Shown here: positions 21,183 through 34,273 of the stretch, piece after piece | Layout of the letters: the number at the start of each line of letters is the position of its first letter | Position numbering within the stretch: position 1 is the stretch's first letter | Assembly: GCA_004764695.1 (NCBI GenBank) | Contig: SMSO01000031.1 | Span: 4,812,436 to 4,876,435, forward strand | Length of the DNA stretch: 64,000 nt | DNA from: Schizochytrium sp. TIO01 | Lineage: Eukaryota; Protista; Bigyra: Labyrinthulomycetes | Direction of reading: 5' to 3' | The notes under the pieces: model-generated | Seen by the model: the letters and a program-made list of their open reading frames with translations, nothing else | The model's database searches: none | Told to the model about the DNA's origin: nothing | Translations under genes and position numbers: made by a program

Positions 21183-23050
21183 TTATCTGCTGCGCGAATA
21201 AACACAATTACCCTCTCGAAGGCGAGCTGTAGAGCGAATTGCTAGAAATGTTCGAACACGAGTTTGAATTACGAGTGCGGCAAGGTTTTCTCTTGGTAGT
21301 ACACTGCGGAGGAAGTTGACCCATGTATCTGCTTGGGATCTAGAATCAGTAGCAAAGTATTTTGTATCATGAAAGTCATCAATTGTGCGAATAAAAAATT
21401 CACACCATTCAGTTGGCGAATCATTACCAGAGCGGATTCTTACATCGAGCAGTTTATTGAAAGGGATAAATTGCTTTGCTTGGGATCCTGGGGCTGGGTC
21501 TGAGTCCCGCCAATAGGCTAAACCTCCAAGTTCTCTGCTTGCTTCTACCAGGCGTGGTTTATACGCGAGTTTTACACGAACCTTACTCATAGCTAGACCA
21601 GTAATTAGTGATAACGGGCTTTTACTTACTTGCATCCGCAAAACTGCCCTCAACGCAGTTTTATCTGACAGAACAGGTCGAAAATTCGGCAGACTTTCCT
21701 CGTATAATGCTTGGAGATCGGCGGAAGAAGTCATCTCGCTTAGAACCCGAGTGAGTTGCGAACCCGAAGAGTGACGATCAGCATTCCCCTTGCTGCTACT
21801 GCCTGTACTGAGCGTACTACTACTGAATTTTACCAAACGACGAACACGATTAAAAGATTTGTGTCTGGATAGCCTAGACGACGGGGATACTGGACTTAAG
21901 GGTGGAGAAGGAGACGAAACACTGGTCGATGATTCGTGTTGAAGCAACGATAATTCGGTGGCGGCTCTTTGCAAACGAATCTGCATTTCACCTCTTGGTC
22001 CTAACACAAGACGGTGTGCTTGTTCGCGCCGAACTCGTGCACGGGCAGCAACTTGACGACCTGCAAAACCTCGCCAAACTGCCTGAATGGTTGCTGCCGG
22101 AAGAACCTTGTGTTGAAGTGCCAAGATGTTTATAGTACTGACTTGATGGCGCCCCCCATCCAGGGAAACAAACAGAAAGCTTATTCTTCTAATCTTTTCT
22201 TGGTTAGGTTGAGCTTCATGGTATATATCTACACGCATATGCTCTCGATAAGTTTTCTGTACGCGGATACTAACAATAGAACTTGACAGTAAATAGGTAA
22301 AGAGACTTTGGGCCGATGCATTACTCCAAACAGAAAGTGCTGCAATATTTTGGTTTACGCTCATGTACTTTGTACTCCATTTGCGGGATCCCCAGCGCCT
22401 GCCTGGATCTAGCATACGGACTTGCACGGTTTTAGAGAGCGTCATTCGCATGATATTTTCTATAACAAACGGTTCTTGTGGCCACTTCAGAAGTACATGC
22501 ACCATGCTAGCACAGTTGAGCCCCCCGTGCATGGCCACATCAAGAGCTTGCTGTTGCCGCACAGTCTTCATTGTCGGGTTTGCGCCATGACTGAGAAGAA
22601 ATTGAACGAGGCTAATATTTTGCCCTCGACATGCCCAGTGCAGCGCTGAGTAGCCCATTGCTCGGTCCGTAGCATTAATTTGAGCACCATAATCCAAAAG
22701 GACCCGGACCACTTGAGTTTGTGCAATGTGGTCCGCATTTGGTAAAGCACATGCCAAGTGCAAGAGTGAAAACCCATTAGTGACGTCAGTGTCAGCGAGA
22801 CTCTGGCCTGACCTGCCTCCATGACCTACTTCGTCACTGCAGGTTCCACCAGGCCTCTCCACCTCGGCCAGAATTTTCTGAAGTTCCTCATAATCGCAGC
22901 AAGCCACCGCCACCTCAGCAGCTTTTCGTGAGGCCAGTGCATGTGGCGTGGGCCATCGCTCGCCTCTGCAGTCTGCTGACGATGGTAGTCTCAAACTTTG
23001 CTCGCTCTTCACAAAGTCAGCAACATGCCTAGCAATGGCTAAAGCCTTCC
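21183..23050 (-). CDS. Ankyrin-repeat protein with PH-like domains and IQ calmodulin-binding motifs (5' end unresolved)
   Basis: Ankyrin repeats (NGFSLLHLAC...VVRVLLDYGAQIN; GYSALHWACRGQNISLVQFLLSHGANP), IQ motifs (AATIQAVWRGFAGRQ; AALVIQTRVRTFLAIR) and a PH-like C-terminal helix (KYFATDSRSQADTWVNFLRS). The track start at 23012 is GTG, and the frame has no ATG before the upstream stop at 23067-23069. An upstream exon is likely; a candidate acceptor is ...ACTAG|G at ~23051. Confidence 0.78.
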
Positions 23051-23930
23051 TAGTAGTTAACCGGAACTATTCTGCTATCTCATCCTTTCATGAGCTTTGG
23101 CGACAAACACTTCAGCAATTGGCTTAAGGGAAGAAGTATTTGGCTGTGTTTGGTATGTAAAGCGCGCAGACAGATTCGTTTGCAGGACCTTTCGAATGCT
23201 GCTCATGAGAGGTACTGATCTGGAGTGAATCTGGTTCATTGTAAAGATGGGTAGCTAAGGAGATTTTGCACAGAACACTTGGTCTTTGTGTCATTGCTGT
23301 TGCGGGGATCTGAAAAGGGGAGAGTTGACTCAGAGATGATTTGGTTGACATCTTTAAGACCTTATGAGTCATTTTCCTTTGCGCAAAGGATGAATCGTTC
23401 TAATTTTACTCAAAGAGGGTTCAAGAGATACGGTCTCGAAGCCAGTTAGTCTGGTTCCCTGCATGGTGCAAAAGTAAATTAACTCTGGCTATGGCTTCCC
23501 AAAGGAGATCAATGTAATAGAAAGGAACTGTTATAAATGCAAACAAGACAGGTGATTGAACAAAACTGGACCATTCTCTGGATGCCGCATCGACCAATAT
23601 TTCTTAAAACACAGCGAACAGTCGAAATAGATGATTCATTAACGATTAAGTAAGAACAAAATTCAAAGAATCTAAATCTTTTTAAAAAAAGATGACAAAA
23701 GTCAAAGGATGACGATGCGTAAGGGTCATGGGGTCAGCATGATCAAAATTAGGGGGGGGGGGGGGGTCGTAAAGGGCGTTTCTACATGCTTTGCTTCAAA
23801 CACAAGCAAGCGAGGAAGGCATGAGCTTTAAGAACAACAGTGGAGCTAAATTTGTAACGCGTAATTTTCCAAATCAAAATAATGTGCAACAAATTCAAAT
23901 AAAGGACATTGAATCTATAATGGATACCTT

Positions 23931-25986
23931 TCACGATGGACCTTCACCTGACGCAGGCGAGGTACTCCATATTTGCGCTGCTGCCTCGAGAGCTCGATTT
24001 TGATCCTCTGTAAGTAGTCCATAAGCCCCCCCACCAATGAGATTGCTTATGGTTTGAGCAACTTGTTGTTGATCACGTTTTGCCCAACGCTCATACTGCA
24101 GAAGGCGCTTCAGTTGCTTATCGATTGCTCGATGGGGTCGCTGAATTCCACAAAACATGGCAGCATCGCAGATGACACGAAGTTCTTGACGGATAAAAAC
24201 TCGTGAGATATGCAAAAGCATGTTCAACTCCTCAGTCTTCCACCGACCTTTGCTGTAATCTGCATCTGAATCAGTCTTACGCCGTCGTTTGATCTGTTTC
24301 ACGGCGGCTGCAGCAGCATCATCTTCATCTCCCATGTCAGTTGGCATTGGCACCGGAGGTAAACTCGGTGACATTCTGGTTGGCGTTCTATGAGACAAGG
24401 CATAACCAGAGGTTTCATCAAAGTCTTTTCGTTTGCTCTGAGCGTGCAACATTTGGGAGGACTGTGCCCTTATGTGCCCTCCTTGTCTGGAAGAAATGAC
24501 AGTGGCAGCATTATGTGTTATGCCACTTACGCTGCTGCTGCTGCTGCTTCGATTACTGCTGCTGCTGCTGGTGCTACTCGTACGAGAAGGCAATCTTGCA
24601 GCGGAGTTTGTATTCTTGTACGGCGTTGGGCAATATTGCGGTTGCGGGTGTGAAGGATATGCTGCACCATGAACATGAGGCAAACCAGGTTCCGCGCTGC
24701 CACTAGCACTGGACGATTGCTGGTACATTGTAGAGGATGACGAAGATGCAGATGACGAAGATGGGTGGGCCATGTGGATGTCTTGGCGCCTGATGAGAAG
24801 AAACCTGATCTTCTTGACGCATAGAAACTAAACTGGAAGCATTACTGATGTGTCGAACAACGAGCTGAGGCTGTTCATGCTGCCCTCGCTGGGAGGACGT
24901 AAAATGCTGCGTATGTTGTTGATAATGTCGTGGTTGCTGTTGTTGTTCAGGAGAGTATGAATAACCATAGTGAGAAGATCTATGGGAAGGATATTGTGAA
25001 TGGTACGGCTGGTCTCCGGATTGTCCATGCTGATATTGATATTGTTGATTGAGTTGAGCTTGAGGGTAACGCTGCGCGGGGCTATGTTGGGGTCCGTAGC
25101 TCATTTGATGTTCTGGATAATATGACTGTTGCATTGCACTTTCAGAATGGTCTTGTGTATAATAATGGCGTACATTAGGAGACATGGGTCGAGCATGCCC
25201 ATACGGACTAATAGGTCCTTGGGTACTCGGGTGCGGATGACCGGGGGGTGGGGGATAGAAGTAGTTCGGTGATTGCGGTTGAGAGTTATATTGTGAGACT
25301 ATGGGCGAATAACCGCCTGGATAGACTGGACTAACCATTTGAGATGGGGAGTATGGGGGATACTGGTATTTGGGAGAAGCAGCGTGAACTGAGATTGGTG
25401 GGGGCCTTGGTGCTCGTTCCATTTTTGTATAAGCCCATTGCTGTCCTTGATTCCAGGGTTCTTCAGTTTGAGGTCTTGGCGCAGTAGTGCTTTTTGAGGC
25501 ATGTGATGGACTTGTTTCTTGCTTGATCGAATACGAATGTGAATGTCGTGATTCATCTTCACCTCTATGTGAGGTAGCAGGAGCCGAGTCTTGTGCGCTG
25601 TCCATGGTTGTATGGCGATCTGAGTCACTCCTATTAGCACTAGAGTTGGTCGTGTTACTTCTGCCTCTAGTAATGGCTGATGAATTTAATATGACGTCCC
25701 CTGTTGCTGAAGAGCTTCTCGTGTCTTGCTGATGTGCCTCGGAACTGAAATTTTGGCTCGCCCCGGGGCCGATCCCAGCAGAAGAATGGTATGTATATGC
25801 TGAGTGTGGTCTTGGTCTACGATAACTGGGGTTTGGTCCAGATGAAGCGCTAGTTGTAGTTGCTGACGCTCGTCGTCGCCTTGGTGGTTGTTCTGACGTT
25901 TCAAGTTGTTGATTCTGTTGTTGCTGTCCATCGTTACTAAGATCAAACGTGAACGAGATCCAGTCAACCTCGTCTTCCTGACTCAT
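23931..25986 (-). CDS. Myb/SANT-like DNA-binding protein with a long Q/S/P/Y-rich low-complexity N-terminus, interrupted by a one-base frameshift near 24763-24765
   Basis: Two overlapping ORFs (24703-25986 and 23931-24773) of similar composition. Removing one base from the G-run at 24763-24765 joins them as ...RHPHGPPSSSSASSSSSTMYQQ... (684 aa). The C-terminus has a basic NLS-like KQIKRRRKT followed by KGRWKTEELNMLL...RPHRAIDKQLKRLL, a Myb/SANT-like helix pattern. Confidence 0.65.
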
Positions 25987-28900
25987 GCGAAAAGACTGTG
26001 GCCTCTATGGCGGGCGAGCAGGGCGCCGCCAGTGCCTGCTGCTATGATAAATATGTATCCAGCTTGCTAAGCTTAAGATTACAGTTTTGTTCTTGACTAA
26101 ATCTGACAATGAATAAACAGCACTTCAAGGAAACTGGAATATGATGTCTTACAATGGTAAGTGTCTCTTTTTGTAGTGGAGGGAGAAAGTCTTAGCCAAG
26201 TGTGACCGATTCTAGAGGCGTTGACTGTGTTGTTTGGAGTGCCTAGTTTTTGTGGAACCTTTATCTTGAGATTAGAGAACAACAAGTTTAGTGGCCAAAG
26301 GACTAATATCGTGTTCTTCACTAGATCTTGAAAGCGCAAGTCGTATTTTCAACAACTAGAGCCCACGTGTATGAGTTTTGACCACAACGACGAGCCACAG
26401 CTGATATGCGCTTCTGTAAAAGGTGCAGTTTCGTGAAACACTAGTAACACGTCAAGATCTCGAGCAGTCTTCAACGATCGAGTCAGAAGCTACACGTAAT
26501 CAGATTGAGTATCAGTAAACGCGAGCAAGCCAGCTATCCAGCTGTCGGTGCAGGTGAGAAGGGTTCTGTATGTATGAATATATAATTAATAGTTGAGCTG
26601 ACCAGGCGAGCTCGCAGCAGACCAGCTGAGCCGGGCCAGCTCGCTGGGAACGACCTTGAACCAGGACAATAGCAACAGTGCTTCACCTGAGCCTGATGCC
26701 ACCTTCACCGCGTACGCTTTAGTGCGTCGCGACGGTGCCTCGAAGCGCCGACTTTGGCGCTCTGAGGTTTGGCTAATGTGTCCTTCGTTCCTGTTCTCGT
26801 TGTGGGTCTGATCGTTATTGTCGCGCCTCCCTTTTTTGTTTTATTTTTTGGTCGAATTTTCAAAAATAAAATCCTGATCATTTTTTTTATTTAAAAAACA
26901 GTATTCCAAATTGTTACAATAATCAAAATTGGTAGCAACAAGTAATTATAAAAAAACTCAACATATATACACATATACATAAATACATAAATTTTATTTT
27001 AAAACAAAAACACTCAGGAAAAGGGATGAGATTTATTAAACCTTTTAAAGCTAAAACATGGTAACAAACTATAACATGAATCTGATTCCAAGCGGGGGTT
27101 GAAGAGGACGGATGGTTAGGAAGCTACTACAGAACAAACCCAAAAGAAGAGACCGTCCTTCATCTGTTTCTCTATATTCCCTGGTCTGTCTCAGCGAGGC
27201 GGGTTTTAATCTTCCGGGCACTGTTTCTATGAATGCAGTTTTGATATTGAAAGAAGGATAAAGAAAGAAGACTACCAGTACCTGCGCAGGAGAAAGAAAC
27301 TTTCTTCTCCCCAATTTACATCCCTATTGCATATACAAAAACTTAAATATTTAGTAAAAGAATTACTAATTTAGTTTAAAAAAAAAGAAAAAAAGAAAAA
27401 AAGACGGGGTGGTTTATCCTCAAGCAGCCCCATTCAATTGAATTTGTTTCGAATCTCTAATGGTCTGTATAAGATACGATCTATTGTCTAATCCAAGGAC
27501 CCCGACCAGTCGTCTGCAGATATATCAGCACAGCTTACCAACATACTGGGGCCTCGAACAAGAAAGCAGCAACCAACCAGAAACCAGAGAGGGCCCCAAA
27601 GTGTTCACCCGATGGCGAAGAAGAAAAAAGAAAAGAAAAGAAAAGAGAAACCTTTACACATTAAAAATAGCCTTTCTTAGAGCAGTGACGAAAGCCTTTT
27701 TAATATTATCAAGGAAAAGAGATTATGGCAAATAACTTGCCTATGTTTAAATGCATTTGATAAAAAGTAATAATGCAAGGTAACGAAAGGAGGAGGGAAG
27801 AAAACGTAAGGCTGATAGTTTTTTTAATAACTTAAAGAGAGAATAATTTTGGAAAAGGGTATTCCCGACTAAGAACACGACGAACGAGGAAAGTCTGACA
27901 GAGAGAAAATGAACGAAACGAGACCAAAGCAGCGTTTCAGGGTACGATTTGATCCTGTTGATCAAAGAGCTGATAAGCTCGTTGCGAAGCGGCGGCGACG
28001 GTGACTGACTGGCGACGACGCAGCACAACATTATGGGACCCTGGTCAGCTCAGGCTTAGTTAGAGCTTGCGGCCAAAGCAAGGCCCGCCTCAGACTTGCA
28101 CGCAGCTGCTAATCCTGTGTCTTTTCGTTTGTTTGTCCTTCTGTCAGACACTCCTCAGAAAACATTAATCTGATTATTGCTATTATTACGAAAGTGTAAA
28201 CATTTAAACAAATGAACTTCTGCGATGAAAAAAAACACCAAACAAGCAGGAAATAAATAATAAAAAGCAGAAGGTGAGTTTCTTTTAAAAGCGAGCAAAT
28301 AAGTGAACAAAGGTAAATCGATTTTTACGAAAGAATCATTGAGAAGGAATGGTTATCGACGTGATGGTGGTCGTCAAGTCCGTGAGCCTCGGCCCACTCT
28401 GGATGGCCGGCCATTCATGGTGTCGAAATTGTCTTCCGAGTTGATCAAAGCTGCGGCCACTGATTCATCATCAGCCTGAAGATGCGTGCGAGATGTTAAA
28501 TGCTTAATCCAAGTTGAGACATGACATGGCGCACACCCTTCCATCCTCTTTGCCTAATTGTTTGAAGTGCCCTTTTTTAAATTATATATAGGAAAAGAAA
28601 AGAAAAGAAAAAAAGAAAAATCAACCTATGTTATTAAATATGTAAAAGAATGGATATTTGCTTGTTTGTTTGACATATATAGAGAATCGATGCAAAGTAT
28701 ATTCCTCGTCGCTCTCATCGTCTACTTCTTCTTCTTCGTTTTAATGCAGTAGTTCTTACCCATCTTTGGAGTTCCAAGGATCTCGAAAGTTCTTTGTTTC
28801 TTTTATTTTCCTAGCCGCCTGTCATTCTGTCTGTTTAAACATTTAAAAGTGATCAATCAAAATCAGCAACAAGAAGGAGCCACGACCAACTCACCTTTGT

Positions 28901-29875
28901 CATAATCCTTGCATGCAACTATTCTGTGATGGTTTTCCAGTCCAGGATACATCTTTGCACTCCTCTCTTTGTCTGCGATGATACGTGGATGCTGATGATG
29001 TGGTTCCCTGCAAGTCTTTCCTTTGGCCTTTTCCCAATTGGATGCTTTCGTAAGCTTTCGCGCCATTCCTCGCGCTTTACGAATCGCTCTTTTTATCCAT
29101 TGATCTGTTCGTTTTCAGATGAATCGTTCGTTTCCCTTTCGGGCTTTGAATCGCTTCCATTTTTCCCATCACGATATATATTTAATTCTATGGTTTCGCT
29201 TTATTTATTTACACATTCATTCATCTTTTAGTAAATGGTAAAAGTTGGAAAAAGAAAAGAAACGTAAAGAAGAGAGAAGAAAGAGTACAATAAAACAAAC
29301 CTTCGTCGAAAGTAAGTCAGCACGCACCATTCCCCTGCTCCCTTACAAACTACTCTACTCTACAAAACAAAGCAAGCAACATCAGTATTATTCCTTCTCA
29401 AAGGGATGGAGAGATTAAGGAAAGAAACACCCAAACAGCCGAATAAGCAAACAGCAGAGCGGTCATGATCGATCTTTTCTTTTATTTTCGCCTTTCGCTT
29501 TCAATTTTATACTTCGCTTTTCACTCTTCGCCCACTCATTCATTCTTTCACTTTTTCTTTTTTAATGCAATCAATCAATTCATCAATCGATTGTCGATGT
29601 CCACTGCGCAGCATCCCAACCTAACCTGAATGCGCAGCTCCCGACGCGGCATGGCAGCGCAGAGCCTGGCTGGCTGGCTGGCTGGTTGGCCGGCTAGCTG
29701 ACATCCAGCAGGGCCCCTCTCGCTCCACCGGTGCCTTCGCTATGTCCCGAAGCCGCCTCGGTACTCTTGCGATCTCCGCAGAAGGTCGTGCACTAATACG
29801 AACGAAGGCAATATGATTGGAAACTAACTGCGTCCATACAGAAGTATGAATCTAAATATGGTTCTATATATCATG

Positions 29876-30051
29876 TATTCTGTTTCTATATATTCTGTAT
29901 TCTGTATTCTGTATTCTGTACTATGTATTCTGTATTCTGTATTCTGTATTCTGTATTCTATATTATGAATTATGTATTCTGTATTCTGTATTCTGTATGT
30001 TGTATTCTGTATGTTTTATTCTGTATGTTTTATTCTGTATTCTGTATTCTG
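29876..30051. repeat. Degenerate (TATTCTG)n heptamer tandem repeat
   Basis: Roughly two dozen imperfect copies of TATTCTG, with variants such as TATGTTG. Confidence 0.9.
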
Positions 30052-30570
30052 TGTATATGTAAGTGTGTACGTATGTATTTACATAAGCGGCGCTTCTTTC
30101 TAAAGGGGGAGGCACTACAACGCAGCGTGGAACAGAACGCGCCGGAATGGAACGCGCAGATAGATAGACCTGACTGAGTTTGGCATAGTGCACTGATCGA
30201 TGAATGAATGATCGAAGCAAATGTAGAGAGCGAGCGATCGATCGGTCCGAGGGATGCGAACGGAGGCAGGAGCAGAAGACTGCGCTGCAGGCGGCATAAG
30301 GACGGAGGAGGAGGGACTGACTGGAGGGCAGGCAGCTCAACTGGGAGCACCAAGAGATGCAGCAGCCTCGGAGGGAACCAAGAAACCAACCTGAAACCTC
30401 CCCTCGGAGGTGAATGAATGAATGAAGATGTGAGCAAGAATCGAGTTTTTTCTTCTTTCTTCTTCTTCTTTCTTCTTCTTCTTCTCATGAATGCTTTCAT
30501 AGCTCTTTCGTTGTTTTGACTTAGTTTCTTAGGAATATTATAGAACATGGTTTATGATCTTATCGATCGA

Positions 30571-30698
30571 GTTTGTTTGTTTGTTTGTTTGTTTGTTTGT
30601 TTGTTTGTTTGTTTGTTTGTTTGTTTGTTTGTTTGTTTGTTTGTTTGTTTGTTTGTTTGTTTGTTTGTTTGTTTGTTTGTTTGTTTGTTTGTTTGTTT
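30571..30698. repeat. (GTTT)32 microsatellite
   Basis: Perfect tandem, read directly. Confidence 0.97.
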
Positions 30699-33600
30699 AG
30701 CTGGAAGATAATAGAGGGTTCCTGACTACCGCTGGATGAATAAAACAAATCAATAACGAATGGTATAATAGAGCTCAAACTTGAATACGGTTAAAAGGAA
30801 ATAGAAAGGGTCCACGAAGGAAAGACCGCAAAAAAGAAAGGAGGAAGGAAGCGAAGAAGAAGAAGAAGAAGAAGACGACCGACCTTCTACCTAAGAAGGT
30901 AGGATCTACCTACGAATGTATGTATGAATGAATGTATTATCAGCCCTACTACACCTTGCACAGGAATACGCGTAGTCAGTGCCAGCATTGCAAATGGAGG
31001 GGTTTCGAATGCAGCTCGACACCGCGTTTCGAGAACTTCTTCGTCACACCACGTGCCTCATTTCGGTGCTTGTTTTATTTGTGAGCGATCATATATGAAA
31101 ACTCAAGCATTGGCACTGGGACCTTCAATTCTGAGAATCCAGATCAGTGCTTCCACCGGTGAGCGAGGCTTGTCGCGTGCAGAATCTGCATTAGCTGAGG
31201 AGATCTCGGAGCTGGGGATCGACTAGAAAATAAAAGTCGGCGCGACAATGCTGGATGGATGGATACCAGCTTTACACTGGTGGTGCTCTTTTGAGCAAAG
31301 TGATCCACGGTACGAAATTTTACTCAGAAGTCTGGGCAATACAAGACACTTCGAGATGTGAAGCCGTGCAAATGATGTTGAACTTGGAGCAGGTCAGGGG
31401 CTGGCTTTGCTCCCTTAGTTTCGTCAAAAAAAAAGTTCTACCACAGAATATGATTGCTGTATTTAAAGTGGTGTTTTGTACTGCCTTCGTTGCGTGTGCA
31501 ATGTCCCCAACACAGAACATTGTAACTCAGAATCCGCAAGATGTGCAGGTTGCTCCTATTGCGTTACTTCGAGTTTTGTCGATTCTAAAAGTCAGAACGC
31601 AAATGTAAACCGAAATCCTGGCTCAGGATTTGCCAATCCAGCCACGCACAATCCCACTCTGCTTTTGCCACGCAGGCTTTCCAGTCCTTGGCTTGGAGAC
31701 GGCTGCAAAACCAAATCTCCCCAATCCGTTTTCCTTACTAGTAAAAGACCAACGGGAGAGGCGAATGCACCAGAGGATATAAACTGCACAAAATGCACTA
31801 TCAAGTTGTATTGACGCTAGTCCCCTGGGCCTCTTACGTAAGCGCTTCCTGGTAACCATACTGACATTGCGTATTTCGGCATGGCATAAACTGAGCACAT
31901 TCGGGTGTAGATTAAAGATAAGAGATAAGTAACGTGCCTTTCTTTACAACAAATGATTTCCAGAAGAAATCGGTTCAATTCCATTGCATGCTGACATTTC
32001 AAGTTTACAACAAAACTGCTATTCAACGCATGGCGAGTTTGACCAGAATTCAATCATTGTATTGACATCTAAAGAAAGAGAAACTTCATATTTACCATAT
32101 TCAAACCAAAGCGTTAGATCAAACGCAATTATCTCATACATTCGAGTTCACAGCAGCAAAGCTTTTATGATGGAAACAAACCATAAATATAGTCCCTATT
32201 CACGCTCGAGCTGGAATTATGTGAGACTTAAAACCATAGTACTCTCTTCGGACTCTCAATGTTTTCTTGACTTTGATATTTTGGAATGAATCAGGCAAAG
32301 TGTTTAGCATAGGAAACCAAGAAATACAAAGGAAGGAACCTCAATTTCTCATCTACTTAGTGAGATCTTGTTGCAGTTTATGACAATTCTTTACGGTGTT
32401 CTTGTTATCCTATTTGGAATTGATTGTTGACACTACCGTGACCTGAGGGTTAGACAAATCACGAAAATAGGCTCTTCAAAATGTGTGTGCCTAACCTTAT
32501 TATATGCGTAAAATTTGATTATCTTGGACACCATGGTGCGTGGGCGAGGGAGCAGTGAGCTTGCTCTCATTCAACATGTCGGTACAAATCGAGAGATACC
32601 TATGTCCTTCTCTTTCGTTCACATTTCGCTCAGATCAGCTTTTTTATTTTTTATTTTTTATTTTTAAAAATTAAATTTAATTAAATAATATAAGTTTTTA
32701 ATTTATATTATTTATTTTAAACATATATTCTGCACTTATAAGCCCAAAGTTTAAAGAGAGCAGATAAAGAAACTGCTTGCTTAATTATCTTCATTAGCTT
32801 ATCTTGGAAATAAAAAGATAGTCTTGCCACGCGCAAGCGACTAAAGTAAAATGAGCTCGCTAAATCCGGGCTGGAAAGGAGTAGCGCTTTGGGCGATTAA
32901 ATCTTGTATACATGAATCCTCACGACGAGAAGAACCACAATAGTAGGAGGAGCTCAAATGCAAAGCATGTAGCTGACTTGTAAGTTAGTTTGCAATTAGC
33001 GTGAAACATTTTTATTATGTGTTTATTCTAAACGATTCTTAGAAAAACACTTTTTAACATTAAAAACAAACATTAAATTTGAATATTAAGACATACAATA
33101 CATAAGTAATCATGATGTTACTTTAAAAAAAATGTCACAATGTGATTTTTTTCTTCAAATAAATAAAATTATAAATAAATAAATAAAACAATTTAATGAA
33201 TTATATTACAACCGAGTTAACTCTTCTCAACCTAAAAAGATTAACATTTTTGCCATGTATGCGTATGCTGTAGAAGTCATACGGGCTACAAGTCAGTCGC
33301 TTTAGAAGAGACGTCCGGGGCGTCTTAATTCAGAAAGCAGTTGGTGGTCTACAATTTCATGACAAATATCCCAAACAGAAGCAAGCCCAAGGCATCAGGA
33401 TGTGTGAATATTGAATAGACAGGGAAGCATAAGAAAGTACACTCCCGGTAGGAACCAGAACACCTTCCTTTAAACACCTGTATGATTGCAGTATTCAACG
33501 GGGCAAGCAAGCAGAAGCAAACGAAAGGCAAGCAAATCAAAATAACACTGCAGGAGGGAGGGAGGATAATGACACGTGGAAGACAGAAGCGTTTCTGTAT

Positions 33601-34238
33601 TGTCACCAATATTCACCTCTTCGTTCAAGATAATACCCTTAGTACCTTGCAAGTATCGTGCTCGTAACCAAGTTGCGAATGGTACAAAAAAGCAAAAAAG
33701 AAAGGGACAATCAATAATAAAGAGAGAGCTCTTTCAAGTCTGGTTTTCTCTTGTGTTGCCGCGTAAGACTCATTTGCAATGAGAAGTGACGAGGATTGGA
33801 ACTTCGATACTTTTATTCCCTGGATTTCAAGCCTTTAGAGTTACTTCTGAAAGTGTCCGGACTGTAGTCGTTGACTTAGCTCTCCAATTTTAATCAGCGC
33901 GAAAACGAGCGTTCACTTCCCTTTGGTCAACTTAATAGCGATTCAATAAGCAAAACAAAAAGGAAGTGCCATAGTCTAGCTAAGGAAATACTATTTTCCT
34001 TAGTTTTCTAACTCCCCTCCTCTTTCTGAATGCGAACTTTATCCTCTCTCTCTTTCTCTCCCTATCTTCTCAATTCTAGACAGATGTTAGAATCAAATTT
34101 CCAAGGATTAAAACAACTAGAAATATTAGTTTTTTTTTTTTAAAGTTTTTTTTTGTGTTGTAAAATAAAGTTTATATTAAAAAATAGTAACTAAAGAAAC
34201 ACATTAAAAATAAAATAGAAATAAATTAAGGAATGGTG

Positions 34239-34240
<2 letters not shown>

Positions 34241-34273
<33 letters not shown>
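34241..34273. repeat. (AATC)~8 microsatellite
   Basis: Read directly from the sequence. Confidence 0.9.

Noticed and set aside
29876-30698. CRISPR array or telomere
   Set aside because: Simple tandem 4-7 nt repeats without spacers, no cas genes, and no TTAGGG-type array.
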